Shown piece by piece: positions 10,626 to 21,263 of a DNA stretch of 64,000 bases. The stretch comes from a virus (Duplodnaviria > Caudoviricetes). The notes under the pieces were generated by a model. It made no database searches. It saw nothing but the letters and a program-made list of their open reading frames with translations, and was not told where the DNA came from. The translations under genes were made by a program, and so were the position numbers. The stretch is taken from positions 64,001 through 128,000 of the IMG/VR virus record IMGVR_UViG_3300033463_000005. One strand, written 5' to 3'. Each line of letters starts with the position of its first letter. The stretch's first letter is position 1.

Positions 10626-13600
10626 TCATAATACATTCAATACAATGTTTTCATCCGATAAAACAAACATTTCCGGAACAAACCGTTCCAATTCATCCGT
10701 TGGCATAGATCCCAATGTATCCCATTTCTGAACAATTGCTTGATAATCCGCATTCATATAATTGCCATTTTTCAAGTCTTTTTCATTTGTATAGAAACCT
10801 TTGTATTTCAGATATGCAACGTTTGGATGTTCCTCTAACAATTGAATCAACTGTGAAATGTAGATATTATTGTCCATTGAAACCATGTCTACTGGCGTGT
10901 GGATATTCGTTAATCGATTGAAATATGATTTCACGATACCACGAAGTTCATTCAATGTATTCGTTTCTAATGCAGGATTAAACAGTTTCACATCGAATTG
11001 AATCTGAACATCCAGATTTGGCCAGAATTTATCAATCGGAAGATCCTTATCAATATCAGCGCAATAGGAATGTGGTAATCCATACGTTGCAATCAATTTG
11101 CAGTCCAGATAATTGTTTCCTTCCAACCGTGTAAAGATGACTGGTTCGATTGCTTTATGAACTTGCGTGAATGAGGACACAAATGAATCAAACCGCTCGG
11201 ATGTCATGAGTGTAGATTGAACAAACGGAACCAGTTGGATTTCAACATCACTATTGACAGAAGTATTTGCAAAGATCTCATCAACGAATCCTGGATATGC
11301 AGATGTTTGAGTTAATACCGGAATCCAATCAACATCACTCTGATATTGTGTTGAGTAGATTGTTTGCAATGTATCCAATAATTCATGAATCAAACCGGTA
11401 TCGATTGTTGGGATATCAGGATTCAATGCATAACGTGCGATGATTTGTTGCAATTCCGCATACATATATGAAGCACATAACTTGATATCATCATATGATA
11501 TTTCAGATTCATCGGTTGTGCCATTGACAATGTGATATGCAAACTGTTGAATTGTATACAGATTATTGACTTCCGGATTATATTCATACAAATTCATCAA
11601 TGCATCATATGCTTGAATTTGATCATGTTGTGGTTCAATGTATTCTCCGAAATGTGTCACACTACGCATTTCTTTTAATTCCTGCACCAATGTGATATCA
11701 TTCAGATTCCAAGCATCTGTCAAACGATATCCGATGTAATCATCATTACCCTCAATATCAGAAGGACGCGTCGTATCTTGTGAACGATACAAGAACGACA
11801 CTCTGAATTCTGGGTTTGATGCATCCACGGAGACAGAACCACCAGAAACAGAAGGAATCCATGATCCACCACCATGATCCAGTGATGCAATTTGAATCCG
11901 ATTATCGACATCCACAAGTTTGTTCAACGGATACATCAAAGTATCAAACATGACACTTCCATCGCTTTGAATGCTGACCGGTTGCATTTCAATCATACCG
12001 GTTTGAACACCATTCAAGCTTGCAGTCAATACAACACGCAAATCGTTTTGATACAATGGCAGTTGTTCATTCATCATATAAAACAACGCAACATCCTTTT
12101 GAATCAAAGAGAGCGGAATGCGATAATATGCAATTGCAGATTCCGATGCGGTTGGTTTCATGTCGGCATATAGCAGCACACCACCCGGGTTGACTTGAAT
12201 CAGCTCAAAGGTATATGTGTGATCCCCATTGTCAATTGGCGTATATGGAATATATACGTTTGCAGCATTCTGAATCTGATATGTTGCACGCGTTCCATCT
12301 TCATATAGAATATTGATTGCAACAGAAGGAGCATAACTTTGACCAATTCTGTACAGCTTCGTTTCACCAAATTTTGTCAATGATGTTTCATACACATCAC
12401 CAGTTGTAATCGAAACAACACGCTTTCCAACATCAATTACTTCTTTCAGCATCAATCGATAATAGTTCTGTGATGTAACACGCGTGAACTCGATTGGATC
12501 AATTGCTTCCGGTACAGGATACATGTTGATGTCCGTGTTTCCAGAAACTTTTACTTCGTATCCGTTCCATAAACCATTGTCTCCCCAGATGTCATCTGTT
12601 CCATAGAAACTGTTCATTCCTGTGATTGGTAACGGGATTGTCTTTTGATTTGCAGAAGAATTATCTTCAATCCACAAATCATTCAACACCCATCGATTAT
12701 CTTCTGTGCGATTTTTAGTTCTAACACAGAAATATGTGTGTTCGGGATTAAACACCAGATACTGGTCATCCGGTTGTAATACCAATACTGGAATTCGAAC
12801 AGAATACAAATCCACTGGTTTTGCAAAATAATTCCACATTGCCTCTGGGAACGTTGGAGGTGTTACCTTTGAACGTGTGTATGAAACGAAGTTATCGCCA
12901 TTGATTGCGGTTGCAGTTGTCGGAGATACCAGAATGGATAACCGGTAGAAATCTTCCTGATAAGTGCGGCGAATATTGATTGCAGTTGGTGTCGCATGAT
13001 ACAGAATGCTGATATCATTTGAATCAGTTGCGTTCTGGTAAATCGTGTTCGATGGAACAATCGATGCAGTCGCAGATTGATTCACCCATGGATTGAAATA
13101 TCCAATTGCAAACGGGGATTTTTGAATGCGAATACCGAATGGATTTGCAAACACAAAATCCGAATTTACATTCACAGCGCTCTTTGCCGTCTCAACCTGA
13201 TCACCATCATTCATGACCAATGGTTTCACAGTATATCGATTCACCGATGGGTTCTGATAAATCCAAGCCCATCCTGGTGGAATGATAATCTCATTATCGG
13301 AAATCAGATTGTCATTATTATTGTACAGAATCCGATATGGGATTTTTGCATGAAGTGTATTCGTGCGGAATACAGTATCGTCCGTATCTTTTAATGCAAA
13401 GAATCCACTCCAGATACGGCCCCACGGATCATCGCGGCGTTTGAAGAAGAACGGGTACAGAATATTCTTGAAGAAGAATGTTTTAAAGTATTCCTCAATG
13501 TCATGATCCGATGAAATCACATTCGCGGTATTGTACGCTTGGATTGTTTCGCGACGTGTTGTTTCAATTGTTCCAATGTTGGTTCCACCCATGCTACCAG

Positions 13601-14636
13601 ACCTCGCAAATGCGGCTTTTGTCACATTTCCATTGTTGGAGTATCGATTGGATGTTGAAATAACAGATGGTTGTTCATCCGGTTTAAACGCAGTAAAGTT
13701 TGCCGCTTCGCCATGACAAACATAAACCGTTATTTCATATGATGAATTCAATGACGGAACAAAATACCGATTACCATTCAATTGGAACATAAAGCGAATC
13801 GTCTGTGGGGAATCCATGATATAATGAATGTACGGTTCCTGATCTTTGACATCGGTATGAATTGGAAGAATGTGGTCTCTCGACAAATATTGTTCATTGC
13901 CATTTCCATCAATGTATTTAACATCAAAACCAGCAATGTGATTCTGGCATGTGATGAGTTGATCCGCATTCGGAATCCCATTTGTCATATTATTCACAAA
14001 GATATGTGTTTCTCGTTCATACTCGGAAATCTTCAGGAATAAACACAGCCATGCTTCTGATACACGATATAGAATATATGGATTCTTATTAACCGCACAG
14101 ATATTCTCTTCCTCCATATTGGTATAACGAACATTCCATGCAGGTGTTGGTGTTGATGTGATTGTTGATGTCTCGACATTCTGATATTGGATCAACACAT
14201 CGTAATCCAATGAATATACAGAACCATTTTTCAGATTAAATTTCGTATTCTTATCCAGAATGAATTCATATAACCCGGTATCAGAATTATACGTTGCATT
14301 CTTTTGGATATCTTCAATTCGCAATTCCAGTAGCATATTACATACAGATGGATGTGCAAATGAATATCCAATATTAAAGATTGCAGCTTCTGAATAAATC
14401 GAATCTGCCAAAACCGCTTTTGTGATGAAAGATTCATTCTCATAGAATGCGGATGTAAATGCAAGATTCTCAGTTGCTTGGGATATGTATTCATTAATAA
14501 TAGAATACTGACCCGTGTTTAGTACGTTCAACGGGATATCGTGAAAAACACGTGGCATCAATACATCATGAATGTATCGTTTAATCTGTGCGTCATCTGA
14601 ATAATTATTCAGAATCACAGTATCATTGACTGCCAT
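10626..14636 (-). CDS. Baseplate wedge subunit (T4 gp6 / baseplate J-like)
   Basis: N-terminal LAFTSAFYENESFITKAVLADSIYSEA and GSMGGTNIGTIETTRR...NVISSDHDIEEYF resemble gp6-family motifs; C-terminal NNIYISQLIQLLEEHPNVAY. Confidence 0.7.
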   Translation of the reverse strand: MAVNDTVILNNYSDDAQIKRYIHDVLMPRVFHDIPLNVLNTGQYSIINEYISQATENLAFTSAFYENESFITKAVLADSIYSEAAIFNIGYSFAHPSVCNMLLELRIEDIQKNATYNSDTGLYEFILDKNTKFNLKNGSVYSLDYDVLIQYQNVETSTITSTPTPAWNVRYTNMEEENICAVNKNPYILYRVSEAWLCLFLKISEYERETHIFVNNMTNGIPNADQLITCQNHIAGFDVKYIDGNGNEQYLSRDHILPIHTDVKDQEPYIHYIMDSPQTIRFMFQLNGNRYFVPSLNSSYEITVYVCHGEAANFTAFKPDEQPSVISTSNRYSNNGNVTKAAFARSGSMGGTNIGTIETTRRETIQAYNTANVISSDHDIEEYFKTFFFKNILYPFFFKRRDDPWGRIWSGFFALKDTDDTVFRTNTLHAKIPYRILYNNNDNLISDNEIIIPPGWAWIYQNPSVNRYTVKPLVMNDGDQVETAKSAVNVNSDFVFANPFGIRIQKSPFAIGYFNPWVNQSATASIVPSNTIYQNATDSNDISILYHATPTAINIRRTYQEDFYRLSILVSPTTATAINGDNFVSYTRSKVTPPTFPEAMWNYFAKPVDLYSVRIPVLVLQPDDQYLVFNPEHTYFCVRTKNRTEDNRWVLNDLWIEDNSSANQKTIPLPITGMNSFYGTDDIWGDNGLWNGYEVKVSGNTDINMYPVPEAIDPIEFTRVTSQNYYRLMLKEVIDVGKRVVSITTGDVYETSLTKFGETKLYRIGQSYAPSVAINILYEDGTRATYQIQNAANVYIPYTPIDNGDHTYTFELIQVNPGGVLLYADMKPTASESAIAYYRIPLSLIQKDVALFYMMNEQLPLYQNDLRVVLTASLNGVQTGMIEMQPVSIQSDGSVMFDTLMYPLNKLVDVDNRIQIASLDHGGGSWIPSVSGGSVSVDASNPEFRVSFLYRSQDTTRPSDIEGNDDYIGYRLTDAWNLNDITLVQELKEMRSVTHFGEYIEPQHDQIQAYDALMNLYEYNPEVNNLYTIQQFAYHIVNGTTDESEISYDDIKLCASYMYAELQQIIARYALNPDIPTIDTGLIHELLDTLQTIYSTQYQSDVDWIPVLTQTSAYPGFVDEIFANTSVNSDVEIQLVPFVQSTLMTSERFDSFVSSFTQVHKAIEPVIFTRLEGNNYLDCKLIATYGLPHSYCADIDKDLPIDKFWPNLDVQIQFDVKLFNPALETNTLNELRGIVKSYFNRLTNIHTPVDMVSMDNNIYISQLIQLLEEHPNVAYLKYKGFYTNEKDLKNGNYMNADYQAIVQKWDTLGSMPTDELERFVPEMFVLSDENIVLNVL

Positions 14637-14782
14637 ATGCGATAACCTCCTTATTCAAATAGACTATTGGAAAACCCAAATGTAATGTTCACACCAATAT
14701 ATTAGGTGTTGAATCATTTACATCAACGTTTTTGCGATTGATGCATACTATTAATATATTAAAAGAAAGGAGTGTCTTCTGT

Positions 14783-17428
14783 ATGGGAATGGACAATGTT
14801 CAATTGAAGCAAGAAGATATCCTGAATGACAATGTTGTTCTATCCGATATCAATCCGATTACGAACACAAATTCTGTTGACGATTCTGCTTCTGGGGAAA
14901 AATTGAACGAGACATTATCCAGATTATGGAATGCCATCAATAACAAATTGACACGTATTGTGAATTCTGTGAATGGTAGAACTGGTGTCGTTGTGTTATC
15001 TCCAGAAGATGTTGGTTTGGGTGATGTTGATAATGTGTCATTTGCCGAAATCAAACAATGGGTGATTGATCAAATCAAAAATGAATTTGTGAACCGTTCT
15101 CTGAAATTGTACGAGTCGTTGGCTGACGTTGATGAAGTATGTTTGACCAACGACCAATCGTATATCGGTGCACCATTCTTCTGCGATATCACAAATGCAA
15201 ATGATCGTCGGTCATGTATCGGATGTTATATTTGGGATACGGGTTCTTCATCATTAGGTTATATCCAGCATCCGATCAATACAGTCGGATATGCAGATAA
15301 CAGTATCATTTACAATGAAGAAGTAAATAATACTGATTTACGTGGTGGAGGAATCGGTGTTAACATTCACCCTGATGAAGAGGCTTTGCAATTATTCAAT
15401 GGACCGTCGAAAGCAGATTCTGGTTTACGAATTGATGGTTCGAAAATAACTGGAAAGATTTATTTCTTCAATTGTTTGTATGGTGTTCCGACAACCGCAT
15501 CCGATGATAATCCAACACATCCATCATCTGGAAGAAACCCCGCACCACCAAAAACCGATTCCATGTTGTTGTCATGTCAAGATGAATCCAATGGTGCTGC
15601 AGTTCATATTTATCTGAATGGAACTGAAATCACGGATCCTCGTGGCATCTATTTGGATCGTACATCAAACGTGCGTTTGAAACCGGGTGATGTGATTGTT
15701 ACTAATTTCGGATGGTATGGTTTTATTGATGCTGCGTTACCGTTGCATGTGCCATATTACAATGCTTCAACAAATCTGATGGCACGTCAACCTGCAATTG
15801 GTTATGTTGAAACCGTTCCAAATGATTTCATGGTTGATGCACCGTATGTCATCCGATTCACGACAATTAAACCGACAGTCGGTTTTGGTATTCGTTACAG
15901 ACAAACCCATGTTCTCGATGACACGTTGCGTGATAATATCATAATACCAGATATCAATGTATTTAATATATCCGGTATGAATGCGACTGATAAAGATACA
16001 CCGAATGTTTTCCATACGGATCTTGAAGAAGGAAATGACATGATGCTATATACACAAACACCATGGAGTCCTATGGAAATGCATGGTCTTGGTATCACAT
16101 CAGATGTATCCATTTCATCATATCAGTTAAATGATCTGGCACCATCAGGTCTTCAATATGTTGGTGAAGATGGTGTTGTTCGATATAAAGGATCCAATTG
16201 TTGCAAAAATTATGCGTATGATCCAGAAAAGAAATTCACCCAAAATCTATGTACATATCGCAGTACTGCAGATTCGTTCGATGCCGGTATTGTAGCACCG
16301 GAATCAAGATTGTCTGTTAATTTAAACAGAGCAATCAAACGTGAAACCCAAACACGAGATTCTGTTTATTTCTACAATCTATCTGGTTTAAAATTTGCGG
16401 AATATGATCCGGATTCGCGTGATCAACATAGCGAAAAATCCATTGAAGATATTCTCCCGAAGCTTGGTATGTATGACGGTTTGACCACTGATGGTCTAAT
16501 GCCGGATTATATTCCATACAGCGGTGAATCTGGTGGTCTTCAAATCAATATCGGTAAATTCTTGGAGATATGTCCAAAACGAACAGTAAACGCTGTTGAC
16601 TACGATAAAGGTGGTAAACTTCAGGTTCGTATTGGTCGAGGTCTAAAAGAAGAAATATCATACGAATTGGTCGAGAATGAGCCGGATGATTGGTATGAGA
16701 ATATCGATTCATATGTGACAACTGAGACAGACGATTATCCAAATATCGACATACATCCAGAATTGATTATTCCGATTCCGGAAATATTTGAATTAACACA
16801 GGCAGAACCTGATAACTGGCGAGATTTGTATCAGAGTTATTACGATGATCAATACGAGCACATTCCTGAAGGTCCTGTATATTACAGATTAAATGATGGA
16901 TTGACAGCGCCATCATGGTATGCAGAACCATACTATGAACGTGTTTGGGATGAAACAATCCAAGAATACAGATACGAACGGGTTGACTATAAACCCGATA
17001 ACTGGAATGTCACAAGTCCGGATGTTCCGAATACATACAAATCATATTATGTAAAACGAACCCAGGCACCGACATGGGAGCCGAATAAATACTATCTCCG
17101 GCGTCATCAAACATTTGCAGAAGTTGTTGCTTCAGATAGAGATGTGTTTAAAATTGTATCAACGAATCGAATCGTTGTTGATGAATCAAAATTAACATTA
17201 CAAACATATTTTGCAGAATATTCATATAAACAAAAACAGATATTATATAGCGAAGGAAAAGTGTATCTGGTTGTACAAGATTTCACAGCAACGACGTTGG
17301 TGGATGATATTACATCTGGATATCTTATCGATATCTCTGGTGGCAGCGAAATCGCCACTGCATTGACACAACTCACAGAACGTGTGGGATTGTTGGAACA
17401 ACGCATTGCGGCGTTGGAACAGCATTAA
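14783..17428 (+). CDS. Tail fibre-like protein
   Basis: RBS AAGGAG favours ATG 14783; VNSVNGRTGVVVLSPEDVGLGDVDNVS fibre motif; EPxxW..Y..YY repeats; C-terminal coiled coil LTERVGLLEQRIAALE. Confidence 0.65.
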   Translation: MGMDNVQLKQEDILNDNVVLSDINPITNTNSVDDSASGEKLNETLSRLWNAINNKLTRIVNSVNGRTGVVVLSPEDVGLGDVDNVSFAEIKQWVIDQIKNEFVNRSLKLYESLADVDEVCLTNDQSYIGAPFFCDITNANDRRSCIGCYIWDTGSSSLGYIQHPINTVGYADNSIIYNEEVNNTDLRGGGIGVNIHPDEEALQLFNGPSKADSGLRIDGSKITGKIYFFNCLYGVPTTASDDNPTHPSSGRNPAPPKTDSMLLSCQDESNGAAVHIYLNGTEITDPRGIYLDRTSNVRLKPGDVIVTNFGWYGFIDAALPLHVPYYNASTNLMARQPAIGYVETVPNDFMVDAPYVIRFTTIKPTVGFGIRYRQTHVLDDTLRDNIIIPDINVFNISGMNATDKDTPNVFHTDLEEGNDMMLYTQTPWSPMEMHGLGITSDVSISSYQLNDLAPSGLQYVGEDGVVRYKGSNCCKNYAYDPEKKFTQNLCTYRSTADSFDAGIVAPESRLSVNLNRAIKRETQTRDSVYFYNLSGLKFAEYDPDSRDQHSEKSIEDILPKLGMYDGLTTDGLMPDYIPYSGESGGLQINIGKFLEICPKRTVNAVDYDKGGKLQVRIGRGLKEEISYELVENEPDDWYENIDSYVTTETDDYPNIDIHPELIIPIPEIFELTQAEPDNWRDLYQSYYDDQYEHIPEGPVYYRLNDGLTAPSWYAEPYYERVWDETIQEYRYERVDYKPDNWNVTSPDVPNTYKSYYVKRTQAPTWEPNKYYLRRHQTFAEVVASDRDVFKIVSTNRIVVDESKLTLQTYFAEYSYKQKQILYSEGKVYLVVQDFTATTLVDDITSGYLIDISGGSEIATALTQLTERVGLLEQRIAALEQH

Positions 17429-17443
17429 TCATATAAGAAAGGA

Positions 17444-18730
17444 ATGATACATTTGAAACAATCCATTGATATGGGTGATAAGCTTGCATTCAAGGATCAG
17501 CAGACCAGTGCAAAGAAACAAGGTCTCCGTGGTCATGTTTCTGTATATCGCAGAAACAAGACTACTGGAGAAACTGCACTCTGGTATGAATCGGATAACA
17601 TTATTCCGATTTCCGGTATGCAATGGACACTCATGAAAATGTTTGGTTTGTATCTGGATGCTCCACATGGAGTATCCTATGAGGTATTGAATAAAGATAC
17701 AAATCTCGTGATTCCGGAATTGAACCAAGATGCAATTCTTGGAATCGGTGTGGATCCAACGATGTATACAGTGATGAATGAAAACATATCATCATCTCAT
17801 ATCGTACAGGGATTCATGGTTGGTAATGGTGGATCCGGTGAAGACCAGATGACAACAAAGAATACAGATTATTCTTTTATTAATCTGCGAAACCCGATTC
17901 CATTCCGTCAAACAAATCAACCATTGACTGATGGGAAATACCTCGGTAAGATTCGTGTAGGTACACATGCCTACACGAATTCTTATTACATCAAAACGTT
18001 TGAACAAACTCCGCACATTTATCATAGTTGGTGGAGAGATGGTCAACGTTGGGATGAGGTAGATCCTGTTACACAAGATGACCTTGGTCCAAATGCAACA
18101 AATGGTGTTGGTAAAACAAATCGAATCGAATCTTATGTTGAATGCAAACTGGTTCTGGATGAGAGTGATTGTATTGAGTATTTCTCCAGAGAAGGAAATA
18201 CACAAACACCCGCAATCAATGAACTTGGTTTGGTTGCATATGATGCAACAATCAATGAGACACGTTCAACGATGATTTCGATTTATGATTCTTATATCAA
18301 ACCAATCTTCGATATGATCGGTGCTTATTATATTACGGATGACACCGAAGAATTGAAGACACTTGCATTGGAAGCTGTCGCTGCATTGAATGATATCATC
18401 ACAGAACATTCACAATCCAATATCAATGAGCTGTTTGCAACATTGCAAGAAATTGCAACTGCAGAAACCATTGACAAAACCGCGCTTGGAAATCAACTTG
18501 CACAAGACGCAAATATTGGATTGCAATGTTGGTATACACGTGATGGTGATACTGTCAAATATGAATATGAGGTTGATAAATACTTGACCTATATTCAGGA
18601 TGACGCGTTCAATGATGATACCGAAGTGGATGCACAACGAATCAAATTGATCACATATTACACGTTCCCATCCATCACAATTCAAGAGAATTGGGAAACA
18701 CTGATCAATTATCGCATCTATGCAAATTAA
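17444..18730 (+). CDS. Baseplate/tail-fibre attachment protein (tail-collar-like)
   Basis: LRGHVSVY...SDNIIPISG, FMVGNGG, INELGL and C-terminal TYYTFPSI...INYRIY resemble fibre-attachment domains; start may be TTG 17453. Confidence 0.5.
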   Translation: MIHLKQSIDMGDKLAFKDQQTSAKKQGLRGHVSVYRRNKTTGETALWYESDNIIPISGMQWTLMKMFGLYLDAPHGVSYEVLNKDTNLVIPELNQDAILGIGVDPTMYTVMNENISSSHIVQGFMVGNGGSGEDQMTTKNTDYSFINLRNPIPFRQTNQPLTDGKYLGKIRVGTHAYTNSYYIKTFEQTPHIYHSWWRDGQRWDEVDPVTQDDLGPNATNGVGKTNRIESYVECKLVLDESDCIEYFSREGNTQTPAINELGLVAYDATINETRSTMISIYDSYIKPIFDMIGAYYITDDTEELKTLALEAVAALNDIITEHSQSNINELFATLQEIATAETIDKTALGNQLAQDANIGLQCWYTRDGDTVKYEYEVDKYLTYIQDDAFNDDTEVDAQRIKLITYYTFPSITIQENWETLINYRIYAN

Positions 18731-18752
18731 TGTATGAAAGGGTGAATACGAG

Positions 18753-19334
18753 ATGGAAGATATCACACAGAAGAATGTTGACGAGTTGATGCATAACGCT
18801 CCACCTCGTGTTCTGGATCGAATTGCTGCATCGATGAATGTATACAAATCGATTCGATGGAAACATGTGTCATTTGTTGTTCCAACAGATCCGGTTCCGT
18901 CTCATCGACCACGCTTATGTGGGTATCGAATATATGTTCCCGGTGCAGCAAAAAACCAGGCATTTTTCAATAAACATGTATTACCAACTTTGGGTAAATT
19001 ATTTATAACAACACCATGCATTATAAAATCTGACATATACATCAGAACACCAAAATCATTTACTGCGGTTCAGAAAGTTCTTGCGGAAATGAAAATTCTC
19101 CGTCCATGGGGAAATGTTGGAGATGTTGACAATTTTGCAAAATCAATATATGATTTCATGCAACCGAACGAAAAACGTGGACATGTTGGTATTATGGAGA
19201 ATGACTGTCTCATTATAAGTTCAACTGAAAACAAATACTATTCAAATGAACCGAGAACGGAAATAAGCATATCATATATGAACACTTCAAACCTTCCGGA
19301 TGAATTTCTAAAGCTTTTAAGAATAAAAAAATAG
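18753..19334 (+). CDS. rusA: RusA-family Holliday junction resolvase
   Basis: PVPSHRPR, GDVDNFAKSIYD, GIMENDCLI...KYYSNEPRTEISI. Confidence 0.8.
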   Translation: MEDITQKNVDELMHNAPPRVLDRIAASMNVYKSIRWKHVSFVVPTDPVPSHRPRLCGYRIYVPGAAKNQAFFNKHVLPTLGKLFITTPCIIKSDIYIRTPKSFTAVQKVLAEMKILRPWGNVGDVDNFAKSIYDFMQPNEKRGHVGIMENDCLIISSTENKYYSNEPRTEISISYMNTSNLPDEFLKLLRIKK

Positions 19335-19358
19335 AGCCCATATGATCATATGGGCTCT
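19333..19358. terminator. Perfect 26-bp palindrome after rusA (terminator or protein-binding site)
   Basis: agagcccatatgatcatatgggctct followed by a T-rich tract. Confidence 0.6.
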
Positions 19359-19404
19359 TGTATTTTCTCTTTAAATATTTTAAATCATAAGGAGCGTGAT
19401 TATT

Positions 19405-21240
19405 ATGGCAACGGAAGATACCAAGAAAACAACTTCCGGGGAAACAACAGAACCCACACAGCCAACATTTGACAGTACTACAAAAGCCGTTGAGAAAGCG
19501 TCGGAAAGCATTAAGACTGGTGCAAAAACAACCGGTCATGCAATTGATGACGTTGCATCGGCTGTCAGTGGTTTTGAAACACTGAAAGGGCAGATCAAAG
19601 CGAAGACTTCTGCATCAGCAGGTCAAATTGGATCTTCATCCATTGTTGGTAAAGCTGCACGGAATATCTTTGAATTCCCCGTGTTTGTTTCTTCCTCTGT
19701 TCCGATTGCATATGCAACTGCAACAAATGCATTGTTGGAACAAATGTATGCATCTTACTTGCAGATGGCGGTTTCCATCAATCCAGTTGTATCGGAAGAT
19801 GAAATCAAAAAAGGAACGTTGTTCAGCAAGTACAAGACAGATACAAATCGATATCTTGAATTTGCATCAGAGTTCTATCAGAAGGAAGCTTGTCACAATG
19901 TGATTCAGTTCGATGATTGTGTTACTGAATTCAACATGGTAACAGTTCCTGATGATGAGATGAAAGTCATACAGGAAGCACTTGCGTATGAACCACTGTC
20001 TGAATTTGACCACTACTTCCAGGAAGCGGCGCAAAAGTCTGATAAGATCAAACGGTTGGAAGCGGAAGTCAACAAAGTTCGTGATGAGTTGGATGATATC
20101 AATGCAATGATGTCAACCCCACAATTCCATGCATTGAGTTCTGCCGATCAACGTGGTACCAGAATGGATCGTGAACGTTTAAGACGTGAATTACAAACCG
20201 CTGAACGGACGCTCGCGGACGCAAAACGTGACGAACGCGAAGATTCCAAGCAATCGTATCAGGAGAAGAAGGATAAGAGAGAATCTGATTACAAGAAAAA
20301 GCGTGATAAAGAGGAATCCGAGTACAAGAAGCAACGTGATGAAGCACGTGATAAACGTGAACAAGAACGTGATGAATATCAGAAGAAACGTGATGAAGAA
20401 GAAAAAGCATATCGGGCTGAACGTGATGCAAAAACAGATGAAGATCGTGCACGTCATGCGGCAATGGATAATTTAAGCAAAACAAAAATGCTGTCTGACA
20501 TGAAGTATGCAAAAGACCGTCATGCAGTTGATATGAAGGTAAAAGCACCACAGATGTTGGATGAAACAAAGATCCAGAAGCTTAACAGCATGAAGCCACT
20601 CATGATGTCTGTTGGTGTCAAAGTCATGAATCGTGCCGGAAACGTTTCTGATATGATCGATTATGTCGTTGGTGTTAAGACACACTGCCGTGTTGTCAAA
20701 GCTTCTGTTCTTCCGGATGTGGTTGCATATCCGTCAGAGGCAAGCAATCTTCTTTCCAGACGTGCAAAATGGCGTGCAGGTGAAATCAAGTTCTTGGATT
20801 ATCTGTTCAATCGTGATGCAAAGAAACAAGCTGCATATGATTCACAGAGTGTTGATCGTAGATGGTATCATCGCTTGTATACACTTGCACACTCCAAGGG
20901 TTCTTCTTCCGTTGTGAAAAAGATTTCTGGAAAAGGTGCAAAGGGTGGTTTGATCCCGAATGTCACAATCGTCATGTCGAAAGCCGATGTCGATATGATT
21001 GAAGCAACGAAGGGTATCGATCTGATGAAGGGTAGTGTTGCAGCAAACTTCTGCAAAGAACTGTTCCTCATGGCTCTTGTTGTGATCGATACTGATTCTG
21101 AATCCGTGAAGATTCTGCTTCCTGACATTCATAGAGATTATGATGTTCATTCTATCGCATCGATCAACAAACAGCTTGCAACACTTGATACTTCCAACAC
21201 CGTTTCCCAGGAAGTTAACAAATTAATGCGTGGCAGATAA
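19405..21240 (+). CDS. Putative virion (head) protein with central charged coiled coil
   Basis: RBS AAGGAG; YFQE-A motif followed by a K/R/E/D-rich helix with ~11-residue periodicity. Confidence 0.5.
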   Translation: MATEDTKKTTSGETTEPTQPTFDSTTKAVEKASESIKTGAKTTGHAIDDVASAVSGFETLKGQIKAKTSASAGQIGSSSIVGKAARNIFEFPVFVSSSVPIAYATATNALLEQMYASYLQMAVSINPVVSEDEIKKGTLFSKYKTDTNRYLEFASEFYQKEACHNVIQFDDCVTEFNMVTVPDDEMKVIQEALAYEPLSEFDHYFQEAAQKSDKIKRLEAEVNKVRDELDDINAMMSTPQFHALSSADQRGTRMDRERLRRELQTAERTLADAKRDEREDSKQSYQEKKDKRESDYKKKRDKEESEYKKQRDEARDKREQERDEYQKKRDEEEKAYRAERDAKTDEDRARHAAMDNLSKTKMLSDMKYAKDRHAVDMKVKAPQMLDETKIQKLNSMKPLMMSVGVKVMNRAGNVSDMIDYVVGVKTHCRVVKASVLPDVVAYPSEASNLLSRRAKWRAGEIKFLDYLFNRDAKKQAAYDSQSVDRRWYHRLYTLAHSKGSSSVVKKISGKGAKGGLIPNVTIVMSKADVDMIEATKGIDLMKGSVAANFCKELFLMALVVIDTDSESVKILLPDIHRDYDVHSIASINKQLATLDTSNTVSQEVNKLMRGR

Positions 21241-21263
21241 TGACAGGAAGGAGATGATTCATC

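Noticed and set aside
1-18730. Diversity-generating retroelement targeting tail genes
   Set aside because: No reverse transcriptase and no TR/VR pair with adenine-specific mismatches noticed in the window
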